Assembly (NCBI GenBank): GCA_965198115.1 | Contig: OZ240241.1 | Coordinates: 7,040,001 to 7,104,000, forward strand | Length of the DNA: 64,000 bases | Origin: Candidatus Latescibacterota bacterium | GTDB taxonomy: Bacteria > Latescibacterota > UBA2968 | Direction: 5' to 3' | Shown here: one piece after another, positions 17,869-28,151 of the stretch | Numbering within the stretch: position 1 is the first letter of the stretch | Layout of the letters: every line of letters starts with the position of its first letter | Program-made: the position numbers and the translations under genes | Notes under the pieces: model-generated | The model's input: only the letters and a program-made list of their open reading frames with translations | Databases searched by the model: none | Told to the model about the DNA's origin: nothing

Positions 17869-20274
17869 TCATTCGTCACGCAGGGCTGTGACCGGGTCCG
17901 TTCGCGCAGCTCGTAGCGCCTGGTAGCCGACGGTGAGCAGCGCGAGCGTGAGAGACAGACAACCGGCAGCGGCGTACGGGGCGATGCCCTGATCGATACG
18001 ATACGCGAATTTCGTGAGCCAGTCGTCCATCATCAGGTAGGCGACCGGCCAGGCAACGACATTCGCGAACACGACGAGCCGGGCGAACTCGTGCGTAAGA
18101 AGGAAGACGATCGCCCGTTCGGTTGCCCCGATCGTCTTGCGGATGCCGATCTCCTTGGACCGGCGTTCGGCCGTGAATGCCGCCAGACCGAACAGGCCGA
18201 GGCAAGCGACGAACACAGCGAGGTCGAACGCGACGGCGCAGATGCCCTGAAATCGCACATCACGTCGATACTCTCGCTCGAGCCGATCGTCGAGAAAGGC
18301 GTAGACCATCGGCCGATGAGGGATCAGCGTTCGCCACGTTTTTCGGAGGAACGTCATCAGTTCGTCGAGACCCTCGGGGTGGAATCTGAGCGTGACCACC
18401 CGATAGCGCTGAGGTTCGTAGGCGAAGACGTAAGGCCCGATCGATTCGTAGAGGTCCCGGGTGTGGTGGTCGGCGATGACGCCGATGACGTGGCCCTGCT
18501 TGTCCCCCCAGCGAAAGGGAGTTCCTATGGGGCTCGTCAGCCCCAGACGGCGCACGGCTGTCTGATTCAGGATGAAGGCCTCGTCGAAGTCGGTCTTGCG
18601 ATCGGCCGAGAAATTTCGTCCTGCGATGAAATCGACGCCAATGTAAGGAAACCAGTCTTCGTCGATCGCGTAGTTTCGCATTTCGAACTCGACACCCGGC
18701 GTCGGCTCGAAAGTCCGCCGCCGGGCGGTCCATCCTTCTCCGGGTAGACTGGCGGAGGCGGAAATGTCCAGGACTGCGGGATGGTTCGCGAACCGTTCCT
18801 TCACCATCTGATAGTTGGGTTTCAGGCGGCCGTCGTTGTCGAAGATCCGTACGGCGAGAATGTTGTCGCGGTTGAACCCGAGGTCTTTGCTTCTCACGTA
18901 GCCGAGCTGCCGTGTCGCGACGAACGTGCCCAGTACGAGGACGACGGCTAGAACGAACTGCACGACGACGAGGGGCTTTCTGAACGCCCCGCCCCCCACG
19001 GCGGAGGCACCTCGAAGCGAACGAGTCGGGTCGAACGCGGAGAGGTAGATGGCGGGATAAGCACCCGCCAGAATGCCGACGGACAGCGTGATTACGGCAA
19101 GCCCGACCAGAACACTCGCGTGGGAAAGCTCGAACGCGACGGGGTGGTCCACGAAGCTTCGCCACGTCGGTAGAGCGAGATAACTCAGCCCGACGGCAAG
19201 GGGCAACGACACCACCACGGTCAGGAGCGATTCGGTCATAAACTGTCCGATGAGGGCCCTGCGAAGGGCCCCGACCGACTTTCGAACGCCGACCTCTCTG
19301 GATCTGCCGATGGACCGGGCCGTCGCGAGGTTCATGAAGTTGAGGCATCCGATGGCGAGCACGGCGGCCCCGATGATTGCGAGTGTTCTCAGGTACTCCG
19401 GGTTGCCTTGCCCCATTCCCGAAGCCAAACCATCGATTCCGTTCGGGAAGTCCTCGTGGACGTGCAGTCGCATTCTCAGGAAGTTCTGGAGGCGAAACTG
19501 TTCTTCCGCCTGTTCGGCGTCGGGCAGGATCGTGGTCGAAAACTCCGGGAGCTTGGCTTCGAGCGCTCTCGGGTCTGCGCCGTCGCGGAGACGAATGAAG
19601 GTGACGGTCTGTCTTCGACGTGGGGACTGGTGGAAGTCATCCCAGCTTGCGCGCCTGCGAATGTTATGAGGGACCGTGCCGGTGATGAAGTTAAAGTGGA
19701 TCATCGAGTTTCTTGCGAGGGGCTCGAGGATCCCGGTGACGGTGTAGTCCCCGTCCTGTGCGTGGATGACTTTTCCGAGCGGATCGATTTCGCCGAAGAA
19801 TTCTTTCACGATGGCAGGGTTGATTATGACCCCGTTGGGTTCGGACAGGGCCGTTTCAGGGTTGCCGCGTGCAAGCTTCATCCCGAAGAAATCGAAAAAA
19901 TTCGTGTCGGAAAACCAGAAGGTTGTACGACGGCTGTATTCTCCGTAGCGGATCCACCGGGCACCGATGCGAACACGGCTCGTCTCCTCGACTTCGGGAT
20001 ATATCCGAACGAGAGCAGGTCCGACCGCCCCGCTCAGACCTTCGAAGGGCTTCCGTAGCAGTCCATGAATCGTCGACGTGGGGCCTTCTCGCAGAACTCG
20101 ATAGATCCGATCGGCGCCCGGCCGGAAGCTATCCCAGGAAGTTTCGTAGTCGACGTAGAGGTAGATGAGAATGGCACACGACATCCCGATGGCCAGACCG
20201 AGGATGTTGATGGCGGCGTAGCCCCGCTGGCGGAGGAGATTGCGATAGACGAGGGTGAGGTAATTTGAAAGCAT
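17869..20274 (-). CDS. ABC transporter permease (duplicated MacB/FtsX type)
   Basis: INILGLAIG, NFMNLATARS..R.REVGVRK, RRSKEIGIRK, DPVTALRDE. Confidence 0.92.
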   Translation of the reverse strand: MLSNYLTLVYRNLLRQRGYAAINILGLAIGMSCAILIYLYVDYETSWDSFRPGADRIYRVLREGPTSTIHGLLRKPFEGLSGAVGPALVRIYPEVEETSRVRIGARWIRYGEYSRRTTFWFSDTNFFDFFGMKLARGNPETALSEPNGVIINPAIVKEFFGEIDPLGKVIHAQDGDYTVTGILEPLARNSMIHFNFITGTVPHNIRRRASWDDFHQSPRRRQTVTFIRLRDGADPRALEAKLPEFSTTILPDAEQAEEQFRLQNFLRMRLHVHEDFPNGIDGLASGMGQGNPEYLRTLAIIGAAVLAIGCLNFMNLATARSIGRSREVGVRKSVGALRRALIGQFMTESLLTVVVSLPLAVGLSYLALPTWRSFVDHPVAFELSHASVLVGLAVITLSVGILAGAYPAIYLSAFDPTRSLRGASAVGGGAFRKPLVVVQFVLAVVLVLGTFVATRQLGYVRSKDLGFNRDNILAVRIFDNDGRLKPNYQMVKERFANHPAVLDISASASLPGEGWTARRRTFEPTPGVEFEMRNYAIDEDWFPYIGVDFIAGRNFSADRKTDFDEAFILNQTAVRRLGLTSPIGTPFRWGDKQGHVIGVIADHHTRDLYESIGPYVFAYEPQRYRVVTLRFHPEGLDELMTFLRKTWRTLIPHRPMVYAFLDDRLEREYRRDVRFQGICAVAFDLAVFVACLGLFGLAAFTAERRSKEIGIRKTIGATERAIVFLLTHEFARLVVFANVVAWPVAYLMMDDWLTKFAYRIDQGIAPYAAAGCLSLTLALLTVGYQALRAARTDPVTALRDE

Positions 20275-20351
20275 CGATTAACGAACATCAAGAGTCGAGA
20301 ATTGAAGTTTCTGAGCGCCCTCAACACCGTCAGCAGCGAACGTCGGCCAAA

Positions 20352-20407
20352 GCGAAAGCCATTGTCACCCCGGTACGCACTTTGGCCGGGGTGACAATGG
20401 CTTTCGC
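20352..20407. repeat. Perfect 22-bp inverted repeat
   Basis: gcgaaagccattgtcaccccgg / ccggggtgacaatggctttcgc with a 12-nt loop. Confidence 0.85.
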
Positions 20408-20522
20408 GGGAAAGAAATCGCTCCAGCCATTTCGGAGCGCAGGCCACCCGATCTGATTCTTCGTCAAAGAAATCCCCATCGATCAGGGACCGATGGGGAA
20501 CCTGCACCAGCGTGGTTTCGAC

Positions 20523-20921
20523 TCAGTGCAGCGGCGAGAATGAGGTGGGAATCAGGACGCGTGAGTGCAGCACACGCATGCTCGCGAATTTCTCGGTCTG
20601 GACCTTTCTAAGGTCTGGATCCGCGTGGGCAGTCTGAATGTGAGCCAGATCCTTGCATCCCATCAGGAAGATCATCTGATTGGAGCTGCCTCCGAGCCCG
20701 CTGGTGAACGCACCGATCAGCTCGACATCGTGCTTTTTGAGGATGGGGAGAATCTCTTTCTCTATAATCTCGGCGTACGCTGCCCCTTGACCTGGTTGGA
20801 CATCTGATGTGTAGAGGCCAAAGACTCTTGGTGTTGCTTCATGATGGGCGGCAAAGAGACTACCGACGGTTGCCGACACAGCGGCAATCATCAAGATAAC
20901 GACGAACATTCGACGTGACAT
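20523..20921 (-). CDS. Secreted NIPSNAP-like protein
   Basis: Signal peptide, LKKHDVELIGAF, LIPTSFSPL terminus; RBS ggagg. Confidence 0.7.
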   Translation of the reverse strand: MSRRMFVVILMIAAVSATVGSLFAAHHEATPRVFGLYTSDVQPGQGAAYAEIIEKEILPILKKHDVELIGAFTSGLGGSSNQMIFLMGCKDLAHIQTAHADPDLRKVQTEKFASMRVLHSRVLIPTSFSPLH

Positions 20922-21018
20922 TGCGACCTCCTTTGAAAATCGAGTGGACGAATCTGAGCGGCACCAATATCTCGAACATTCGCTCAGACTTCAAGCCTTC
21001 CCAATTGACCATTGGGGC

Positions 21019-22014
21019 TTACATAGATTGAACCGCGTCCCAGAGCTCTGGGACGACGGGGATGCCGTTGGTGAGGCTGTCGCGGCGGATTGCGAGCATA
21101 CCCTCACCGGGATAGCGCACGCTTTCGATCCCCTCAAGAGGCTCGGCGCCGAGAAAGTGGGCGACGATGCGATCGATTCTGGCATCCGTGTTGTCTCCGA
21201 GCTGTTTCGTGTCGATGGCGATGTAGGCCTGCGATACGGCGGTTTCGTGGGGTCGCGCGCCAATTTCGTGTGTCGAATCGCCGTCGGCGATGGCGGAAGC
21301 CATGATGTCGAGGACGAGGGCGAGTCCCGACCCCTTCCAGTAGCCGATGGGCAAGGCCCTGCTCGAATCGAGGATGGCGCCCGGGTCGGTCGTGAGGTTG
21401 CCGTCGGTGTCGTAGCCGCCCGCGATCGGCAAAGTCTCGTCGCGATGGCGCAGGACCTCGAGCTTTCCGTTCGAGTACTGACTCATCGCCATATCGAGCA
21501 GAACGTGGCCGTCCTTGCGAGGGATGCAGACGACCATCGGGTTGTTGCCAATGCGCTTTTCCGCGGATCCCCACGGGGGCATGAGGATCGTCGTGTTCGT
21601 CCAACAGATCCCGATGCACCCGGCGTCTGCCGCCTGCAGGCCGAAGGCTCCGGGTCGCATCCAGTGGTTCGTGTTACAGAGACCGACGCAACCCATCGCG
21701 TTCTCTCTGGCCAACTCGACGGCGCGTCCCATCGCGAACTCGGCGTTGAGCAGACCGATTCCCCTATTGCCGTCCCATTGCTCGAGGGCCCCCAGGGCAC
21801 GGACCAACGAGGGTTCGAGGTTGGGATTCACCTTACCGGTTCGGATACCCTCGACGAATCCGGGAAACCGATTGAGGCCGTGTGAATAGACACCGTCGCG
21901 GGTGTTCTCTGCGAAGAGGGTCGCAGTCCGCTTTGCTTTGGAGTCGGGCAGGCCTGCACCGAGCAGGACCCTGTTGAATTCGGCTTTCAGCTTGTCGAAT
22001 GGAACCCGTTCCAT
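21019..22014 (-). CDS. yiaK: 3-dehydro-L-gulonate 2-dehydrogenase (2,3-diketo-L-gulonate reductase)
   Basis: DGVYSHGLNRFP, NTNHWMR, IGNNP, DMAMSQYS, PIGYWKGSGL, VRYPG. Confidence 0.9.
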   Translation of the reverse strand: MERVPFDKLKAEFNRVLLGAGLPDSKAKRTATLFAENTRDGVYSHGLNRFPGFVEGIRTGKVNPNLEPSLVRALGALEQWDGNRGIGLLNAEFAMGRAVELARENAMGCVGLCNTNHWMRPGAFGLQAADAGCIGICWTNTTILMPPWGSAEKRIGNNPMVVCIPRKDGHVLLDMAMSQYSNGKLEVLRHRDETLPIAGGYDTDGNLTTDPGAILDSSRALPIGYWKGSGLALVLDIMASAIADGDSTHEIGARPHETAVSQAYIAIDTKQLGDNTDARIDRIVAHFLGAEPLEGIESVRYPGEGMLAIRRDSLTNGIPVVPELWDAVQSM

Positions 22015-22180
22015 CTTCCCTTTCCGTCAACAGATCAGCCGTCTGATTGGCCGTGGGTGGGTGAGGATGGTATATTCGGTCCGAGGTGATATCAAGTCCT
22101 TCCCGCTGGGACCGTGTCTCTACGAAGCCTTCCCTGGGGTATACTTCCCGGTAGGGTAGCGAAACTGACGAGGAAGCGAC

Positions 22181-22798
22181 ATGAAAGACTGGCAGGAGGA
22201 CGCGATCGACCCGGAGGGCCTCGCGGCGGACCCGGTCGATGAGTTTCAAAAGTGGTACGACATGGCCAAGGCATCGGACGATATTCTGCCCGAGGCGATG
22301 TCCCTGGCGACGGTGACGCGAGAGGGTGTCCCGACAGTCCGGATTGTCCTGATGCGAGGGTGCGATGAGCGAGGTGTGAGCTTTTTCACGAATTATGAAA
22401 GCCCGAAGTGCGACGACATGGCGTCGAACCCTCGCGTCGCTCTGGTTTTTCACTGGAAACCGCTCTACCGACAGATTAGGATCGAGGGGACGGTCAGCAA
22501 GGTTCCGGAAGAGGAATCGAAAACGTATTGGGATTCCCGTCCGCGCGGCAGTCGTTTAGCGGCGTGGGCGTCCAAGCAGAGCGCCGAAGTCGATGCGTGG
22601 GAGATCCTTGCCGAGAAGGTCGACTCGCTCGAGAAACAGTATGCTGACGACGATATTCCCCTGCCCCCTTTCTGGGGGGGCTATATCGTTGAACCGTCGA
22701 GGTTCGAGTTCTGGCTGAGTCGACCGAGTCGGTTGCACGATCGGTTCGTGTATGAGAAGAGTGATGGAGGTTGGAGGATTACACGGTTGCAGCCGTAG
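22181..22798 (+). CDS. pdxH: Pyridoxamine 5'-phosphate oxidase
   Basis: FFTNYES.K, RQIRIEG, SRPRGSR, PPFWGGY, EFW...SRLHDR, RLQP. Confidence 0.95.
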   Translation: MKDWQEDAIDPEGLAADPVDEFQKWYDMAKASDDILPEAMSLATVTREGVPTVRIVLMRGCDERGVSFFTNYESPKCDDMASNPRVALVFHWKPLYRQIRIEGTVSKVPEEESKTYWDSRPRGSRLAAWASKQSAEVDAWEILAEKVDSLEKQYADDDIPLPPFWGGYIVEPSRFEFWLSRPSRLHDRFVYEKSDGGWRITRLQP

Positions 22799-22929
22799 TC
22801 CAGGGAATAAGGCGTCCTCGTGCTGAGCACGAGGACGAGTGGTACGCGTTTCATATACTCAAGTGTATCTCGCCCGCTCGTCCCTGTGCTGTGCCCTGGA
22901 ACGTGAAGGCGGCGAAATCGGATTCTGAC

Positions 22930-23658
22930 ATGACAAAGCTCAGCGTGAACGTGAACAAGGTAGCCCTGCTCCGGAACAGCCGAACGATCGGGATTCCGAG
23001 CGTCATACAGGCGGCAGAGGTGTGTGTCGACGCAGGATGCCACGGGATCACGGTCCATCCACGGCCGGATGAACGGCACATCACGATTCGAGATGCGTAT
23101 GAGGTGGCTGAAGTGGCGACCGGGGTGGAGTACAATATCGAGGGCAATCCCTTTCCGGAATGGTTGGAAATCGTGAGGACGGTCAAGCCCGATCAGGCGA
23201 CGCTCGTCCCGGACGATCCAAACGCCTTTACGTCGGATCACGGTTGGGATCTGAAGGATCGCTCGAACGCCGAACGGCTGAAACCGATCATAGCCGAACT
23301 CAAGGACCTGGGCATCCGCGTCAGCCTGTTCATGGATCCCGATCCGGACCAGATCCCGCTGGTGTTGGAAACGGGCGCGGACCGGATCGAGCTGTACACG
23401 GAGCCCTATGCCGCCGCTTATCGAGAAGGGGATGTTGGCCCTGTATTCCGCCAGTTCGCGGATGGGGCGAAGCTCGCCCAGGATTCAGGTCTCGGCGTGA
23501 ATGCGGGGCACGATCTCAATCTCGAGAATCTGGGCGAGTTCGTGACGATCCCGGGGATTCTCGAGGTGTCGATCGGCCACGCGCTGATCGGGGACGCGAT
23601 TTTCATGGGGCTGGAGGAAACGGTGAAGGCGTACTTGCGTGTTCTTGGGTATGACTAG
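22930..23658 (+). CDS. pdxJ: Pyridoxine 5'-phosphate synthase
   Basis: LSVNVNKVALLRN, TVHPRPDERHI, IELYT, NAGHDL, EVSIGHALI; start re-called. Confidence 0.95.
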   Translation: MTKLSVNVNKVALLRNSRTIGIPSVIQAAEVCVDAGCHGITVHPRPDERHITIRDAYEVAEVATGVEYNIEGNPFPEWLEIVRTVKPDQATLVPDDPNAFTSDHGWDLKDRSNAERLKPIIAELKDLGIRVSLFMDPDPDQIPLVLETGADRIELYTEPYAAAYREGDVGPVFRQFADGAKLAQDSGLGVNAGHDLNLENLGEFVTIPGILEVSIGHALIGDAIFMGLEETVKAYLRVLGYD

Positions 23659-23700
23659 CGTGGAGCGATGGCCTATCGTGACACTTGATTAACAGCCGAG

Positions 23701-23740
23701 CCCTTCGGTACGTCCGCTTCGCGGACTACTCAGGACAGGC
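23701..23740. repeat. REP-like element (ccttcga...ctactcagga family)
   Basis: cccttcggtac-[gtccgcttcgcgga]-ctactcaggacaggc. Confidence 0.8.
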
Positions 23741-23830
23741 AGGAGAGCAGGCGTGGCAATGTCACTGTTGGATGGCTCGTCCAGAAGATCCACCCTTTGA
23801 ACCCTGATGCGTTAGCGTCGGGGTTTTCTC

Positions 23831-24355
23831 TTATGTCGAGGTGATCTTGTCGAGAAAGGCGAGGGATACGTCGTTGAGGTCGAGTTCTCGAGCCTGCTCG
23901 ATTTCCACCCACTCCGCCTTCAGCTCCCATTCGTCAGGCCCAATCTGGCCGACTTCCCGACCGGCCTCCGCCTTGAACACACGCTGGAGAAAGTCCGGGT
24001 ATGGATAGGGATAGTTTTCCGGTTCAGGTGTGAGGTGATGGTAGTGCAGGAATCCGATCGGATGAAGATCGCCGACTTCCCATCCCGTTTCTTCGACCAG
24101 CTCTCGCCGCAGTGCTTCTTCGTGAGATTCCCCGGACTCGATTCGCCCGCCGGGTAAGAGGTGACTGCCGTTCGGGTGCGTGACGACGAGGACACTTCGA
24201 TCGCGGGTCACGATGGCACGAACGGACGTGACGTACTCGATAGGCGGTTCCGATTGCGTGATGTAACACCTGCCACGGACCCGAATGCCGTTAGGCCAGT
24301 CTGTGACGTCATCGAGAGCAGGGTCGAGGCTTTCGAGAATGGAGTTGAGGTTCAA
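23831..24355 (-). CDS. NUDIX hydrolase
   Basis: PGGRIESGESHEEALRRELVEETG Nudix box; start uncertain. Confidence 0.85.
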   Translation of the reverse strand: MNLNSILESLDPALDDVTDWPNGIRVRGRCYITQSEPPIEYVTSVRAIVTRDRSVLVVTHPNGSHLLPGGRIESGESHEEALRRELVEETGWEVGDLHPIGFLHYHHLTPEPENYPYPYPDFLQRVFKAEAGREVGQIGPDEWELKAEWVEIEQARELDLNDVSLAFLDKITST

Positions 24356-24586
24356 CACAGCGTATCTTCCAGGCTCCTCTGCAGCTGAAGAGGGATCCCT
24401 CACGACATTAATGCCAGAACCGTCTGCGTTCAAACGCCTTTCACATTGTCGTTCGGGATGACAGCTGTGTGTAGGAGGTTGGTGCTTCGATGACCGGGTC
24501 TATCTGGCTCTCCTAGTCGGTCTCGATCCCGACAGCCCTCGGTATTCTCTCAGTGTTCTCTGTGTGCTCAGTGGCTGTCTTGTGCT

Positions 24587-25696
24587 TTACGCGATTCCCT
24601 CATTCCGCCACCACCTGACTTCGTTACTCCCACGTTCTGCACCGGCGATGATGTCCAGAAGTCCATCCCCGTTCAGGTCGGCGACGATGACCTGGTTGGC
24701 CTTGGGCCAGTGTTCCTTCAAGATCTGCATCGACCAATCGCCTCGAGGATCGCCGTCGTGTTTGAACACGGCGACCCGGCCGTCGTCGCCCCAGGCGGAG
24801 GCGATGATTTCGACCTGGCCGTCGTTGTCGATGTCGGTTGCAATGGCTTCGAAAGCATCGGGGAAATCGTTGCAGACGATGTGCTTCGTCCACGCGCCCT
24901 GTGGATCGCCTTCGTGTTCATACCAGACGATCTGGTGATCGACCGGGTCTCGCCCGTCGACCAATCGCATGCCGAGCGCCATTACCACGTCGACACCGCC
25001 GTCGCCGTCGAGATCTGCGGGGTGACCGTGAATCGGTTGAGGCGAGGTGTCGATGACGTGTTTCAACCAGGGTTCGTTGATAGGATCACCAGGATTCTCA
25101 TACCAGGCCACCTGGTCGTCGAGAAACGCCGTTCCAAGCAGATCCATCTTGCCGTTTCCGTTGACGTCAATGGCACAGACCGTGCGTGTTTCGGCAATGT
25201 CGTCCTCGATCGAGTGTTTGACCCATTCTCCATCACGATTTTCGAACCACGCGAACTGGTTCCCCTTTTTCCAACTCGATGCAGCGACATCGAGCCGACC
25301 ATTGCCCGTGAAATCAGCCACGACGACGTCGTATGACCCGGGCAGATCGTTGACCGTGATGTGGTGCTGACGCCAGGACGCTCGATCCCGCGGATCGCCG
25401 TCGCATTCGAACCAGACGAGGCCGCCATTGATGTTGTCGACGCTGACGATCTCGGGTCTTCCATCTCCGTTGATGTCCGCGATCGTGTGGCGTTCCAGCC
25501 ACTCTTCTTCACGCTCGTGGATGACGTGATGCGTGAAGTTCCCATCCCCGTCGTTTTCGAACCAGTAGAGACCGACATTCGTGTCGACGGACACGAGATC
25601 GAGACTTCCGTTACCCGTGAGGTCCACGGTTGAAAGACCGAAGCTGTAGTTATAACCGCTGTGGATCTGGTGTTCGGTGAAGCGTATCTCGGCCAT
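24587..25696 (-). CDS. FG-GAP/VCBS repeat protein
   Basis: About seven D(L/I/F)xGxGxxD(L/I/V) repeats, each followed by WFE/WYE. Confidence 0.88.
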   Translation of the reverse strand: MAEIRFTEHQIHSGYNYSFGLSTVDLTGNGSLDLVSVDTNVGLYWFENDGDGNFTHHVIHEREEEWLERHTIADINGDGRPEIVSVDNINGGLVWFECDGDPRDRASWRQHHITVNDLPGSYDVVVADFTGNGRLDVAASSWKKGNQFAWFENRDGEWVKHSIEDDIAETRTVCAIDVNGNGKMDLLGTAFLDDQVAWYENPGDPINEPWLKHVIDTSPQPIHGHPADLDGDGGVDVVMALGMRLVDGRDPVDHQIVWYEHEGDPQGAWTKHIVCNDFPDAFEAIATDIDNDGQVEIIASAWGDDGRVAVFKHDGDPRGDWSMQILKEHWPKANQVIVADLNGDGLLDIIAGAERGSNEVRWWRNEGIA

Positions 25697-25699
25697 CCG

Positions 25700-26413
25700 T
25701 CACGCTCCTGTGGTCTTGCTGAAGATTTCGGTGAATTCATCCCAGTCGTCGAATTCGACGTCTGCGATAGGAGCCTTCTCTTCGAATCCGCGCGAGTTGT
25801 AGAGGAAAGAGGCCATTCCGACGGCCTGTGCCCCGGCGACATCGACGGGCGGGACATCGCCGGCGAACCAGCAATCCGTTGGGTCGATGCCGAGCCGATC
25901 GGCTGGGATTCGCATCAGGAGAGGATGAGGTTTCTGGATGCCATAGTCGGTGCTGGAGACTATGAATGCGAAGTAGGGGGCGAGCTTGTTCTGTTCGAGG
26001 TGCCAGTTGAGCGCCCGATACCCGAACGGCGAATTGCTGATGATCGCCATCGGTAAGCCCGCCCGATGGATTGTCTGGAGCGTGTTTTCGATCCCGGGTT
26101 TGTGGGAGAAAGTGTGTGCGGCTCTACAGAACTCGATGTCGATCTGCTCGGGTGGCAAATCGAAGCTCATGCCGAGGCGATGGTAGATGAGGAGGCTCCG
26201 GATGACCCCCGGCGGTTGGACGACGAAATCACTCTCGGGGAAGGCCAACTCCGAATCAGACTGCATTTGCAGGACATCGTCGAGGGTCACACCGCGCGGA
26301 TTGTGAGCGATTTCCAACAGCCGCTCGTGACCGGCAACCTCTTCGTATCGGTCGTTGTTCAAGACGGTATGACCGAGGTCGAAGAAGACCGCTTTCGGAG
26401 CAGTTGGTATCAC
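25700..26413 (-). CDS. HAD-superfamily hydrolase
   Basis: FFDLGHT, ISN, KPHP, GD...DVAGA. Confidence 0.88.
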   Translation of the reverse strand: MIPTAPKAVFFDLGHTVLNNDRYEEVAGHERLLEIAHNPRGVTLDDVLQMQSDSELAFPESDFVVQPPGVIRSLLIYHRLGMSFDLPPEQIDIEFCRAAHTFSHKPGIENTLQTIHRAGLPMAIISNSPFGYRALNWHLEQNKLAPYFAFIVSSTDYGIQKPHPLLMRIPADRLGIDPTDCWFAGDVPPVDVAGAQAVGMASFLYNSRGFEEKAPIADVEFDDWDEFTEIFSKTTGA

Positions 26414-26424
26414 ACTCGTCCTTC

Positions 26425-26523
26425 CAGCCCGCTTCAGCGAGCGGAGTTTATCCTGAGCCCCTCGACTTCGCTCGGGATAAACTCCGTCGAAGGGCTGCCG
26501 TAGCGTGGGGGTTCAGCCCCACG
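26425..26523. repeat. Composite nested REP-like element
   Basis: cggagtttatcctgagc[ccctcgacttcgctcgggataaactcc]gtcgaaggg inside an agcccgcttcagc...gggggttcagcccc element resembling 5231-5281. Confidence 0.7.
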
Positions 26524-26576
26524 TACCGCCGGCGGTTGGCTTCCCTTAAGCCGGCGATTCAACGCGTACGTCTCAA

Positions 26577-28115
26577 TTACTCTTCCCCTAAATCCGCGAG
26601 CAGTCGTTTGGCCAACGCTTCACCTGCGATCCGATTGCCTCGTGCATTCCAGTGCGTGTCCTGAAGGTGATAAGTTCTGCCCGAGCGCTGTTCGTTGCGC
26701 AGGAGGGGGAGTGTGTCCAGGTAGTCGATGCCGTGTTGGTCGCAATACTCTCGGATCTGCTGTTGGGGATAGTCTCGTTCATAGTTTTCGGGATGATCGA
26801 GATCCCGCAAGAGCTCCTGCCAGAGGTCGTCCTCGATCTGGAACTGGTCTGGTATCAACAGGACGAGTAGACGATCTCCGAGCTTTCTGTCAAAGCGAGC
26901 AAGGGCATCGAAGAAGTCTTCGTACTTTGCCGTAGTTTCTGTGCTCCGCGTGTTGCAGACCGGGAGTCGCCTGGTTTCCCAACGGAGGAACGTGACCCGA
27001 TCGAGATGCGGCTTCTCTTTCCGCCAATCGTGGACATACTCAGGAGTGTCAGTTTCTGTGTCGACCGTGTCCCCTCCCTCTTCGTTAGCGACGGTTCCCC
27101 CGAGCGCTTTCATCCCGACGAATTCGGCGAGCTCACTCAGCCCCCGGCCTTCCGCACGGAGGTTTCGGTAGACGGATCGGGCTCGGGCAAGATACGTGGA
27201 GAAGAGCCAGTCCTGCAGCAGGTAACGCTGCCGCCGGGACGGATTCTCGATGCCGTCGATGTCGTTGCCGACAAATACGCAAACGACGACTCGGTCAGGT
27301 TTATACTGAAACACCTCTTCTTCCAAAAGATGCAGATACTCTCGCATCCCCGCGGCCGGAATCCCGAAATTGTGAACGGCGACCCGGTTGTGGCTTCCAG
27401 CCAGGGAGGATCGGAGTCTTTCTTCAGCGACGGTTGCGAAGTTGTAGCCGTAGGGGACGACACCGACGCCGAAGGAATCCGCCAGAAGAGCAACGACTAG
27501 ATCGCCGTCGGACGCGACGAAAAACTCCTCATCGTGATACCCCATGCTGGAATATCGGAATCCGAACCCCGTGGCGTGGGGTCGTATTCTCCAGACGTCG
27601 ATCGTTGAGGCTGCGGATGTGGGGTCGAAAAAGAGTCTCGATGGGTAGACATGGCTGATGACGAGGAGACCCGATTCGAGTAGCAGGATGCCGATGACCA
27701 CGTTCGCTGTGAGGATGTCGAACGTGCGCTGAAACCGCTTCGGTCCGGCGGGTCTGGATGCCACGACGCAGGAGAATGTCCAACCGGCCGCGAGTGTGAT
27801 GAGGAAGAAAACTCGCGCCATTGAACGACTGAGGATACTCACTCCGGCGAGTGCTGACGTGAGTAGCAGGACTGCGACGAAGACATAGGCAGATAGTCGA
27901 GCAAGACGACCGACTGGAGGGTCGGGGGGAGAGGTGCTGCGGAGGTTGACGGCGAGATAAAGGGCGCTGGATGCCTGGAGCACGACGGCCAGGATAAAAA
28001 GCAGACCATCGCTCGACGACTCAACGGGAGCGTGCGTGAAGCGGGTCCAGAGATCGAAGCAGGCGACCGCGTGAAGCCCGGACAGAAGCCCGATGTAGGC
28101 ATTCCGAACGGTCAC
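26577..28115 (-). CDS. Membrane-anchored SGNH/AlgX-like protein
   Basis: N-terminal TM helices, ADSF, NFG, FVGND, DTHWN. Confidence 0.75.
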   Translation of the reverse strand: MTVRNAYIGLLSGLHAVACFDLWTRFTHAPVESSSDGLLFILAVVLQASSALYLAVNLRSTSPPDPPVGRLARLSAYVFVAVLLLTSALAGVSILSRSMARVFFLITLAAGWTFSCVVASRPAGPKRFQRTFDILTANVVIGILLLESGLLVISHVYPSRLFFDPTSAASTIDVWRIRPHATGFGFRYSSMGYHDEEFFVASDGDLVVALLADSFGVGVVPYGYNFATVAEERLRSSLAGSHNRVAVHNFGIPAAGMREYLHLLEEEVFQYKPDRVVVCVFVGNDIDGIENPSRRQRYLLQDWLFSTYLARARSVYRNLRAEGRGLSELAEFVGMKALGGTVANEEGGDTVDTETDTPEYVHDWRKEKPHLDRVTFLRWETRRLPVCNTRSTETTAKYEDFFDALARFDRKLGDRLLVLLIPDQFQIEDDLWQELLRDLDHPENYERDYPQQQIREYCDQHGIDYLDTLPLLRNEQRSGRTYHLQDTHWNARGNRIAGEALAKRLLADLGEE

Positions 28116-28151
28116 GGAACAGTCTCTAAGCCGACCGCCGGTAAAGGGCGA

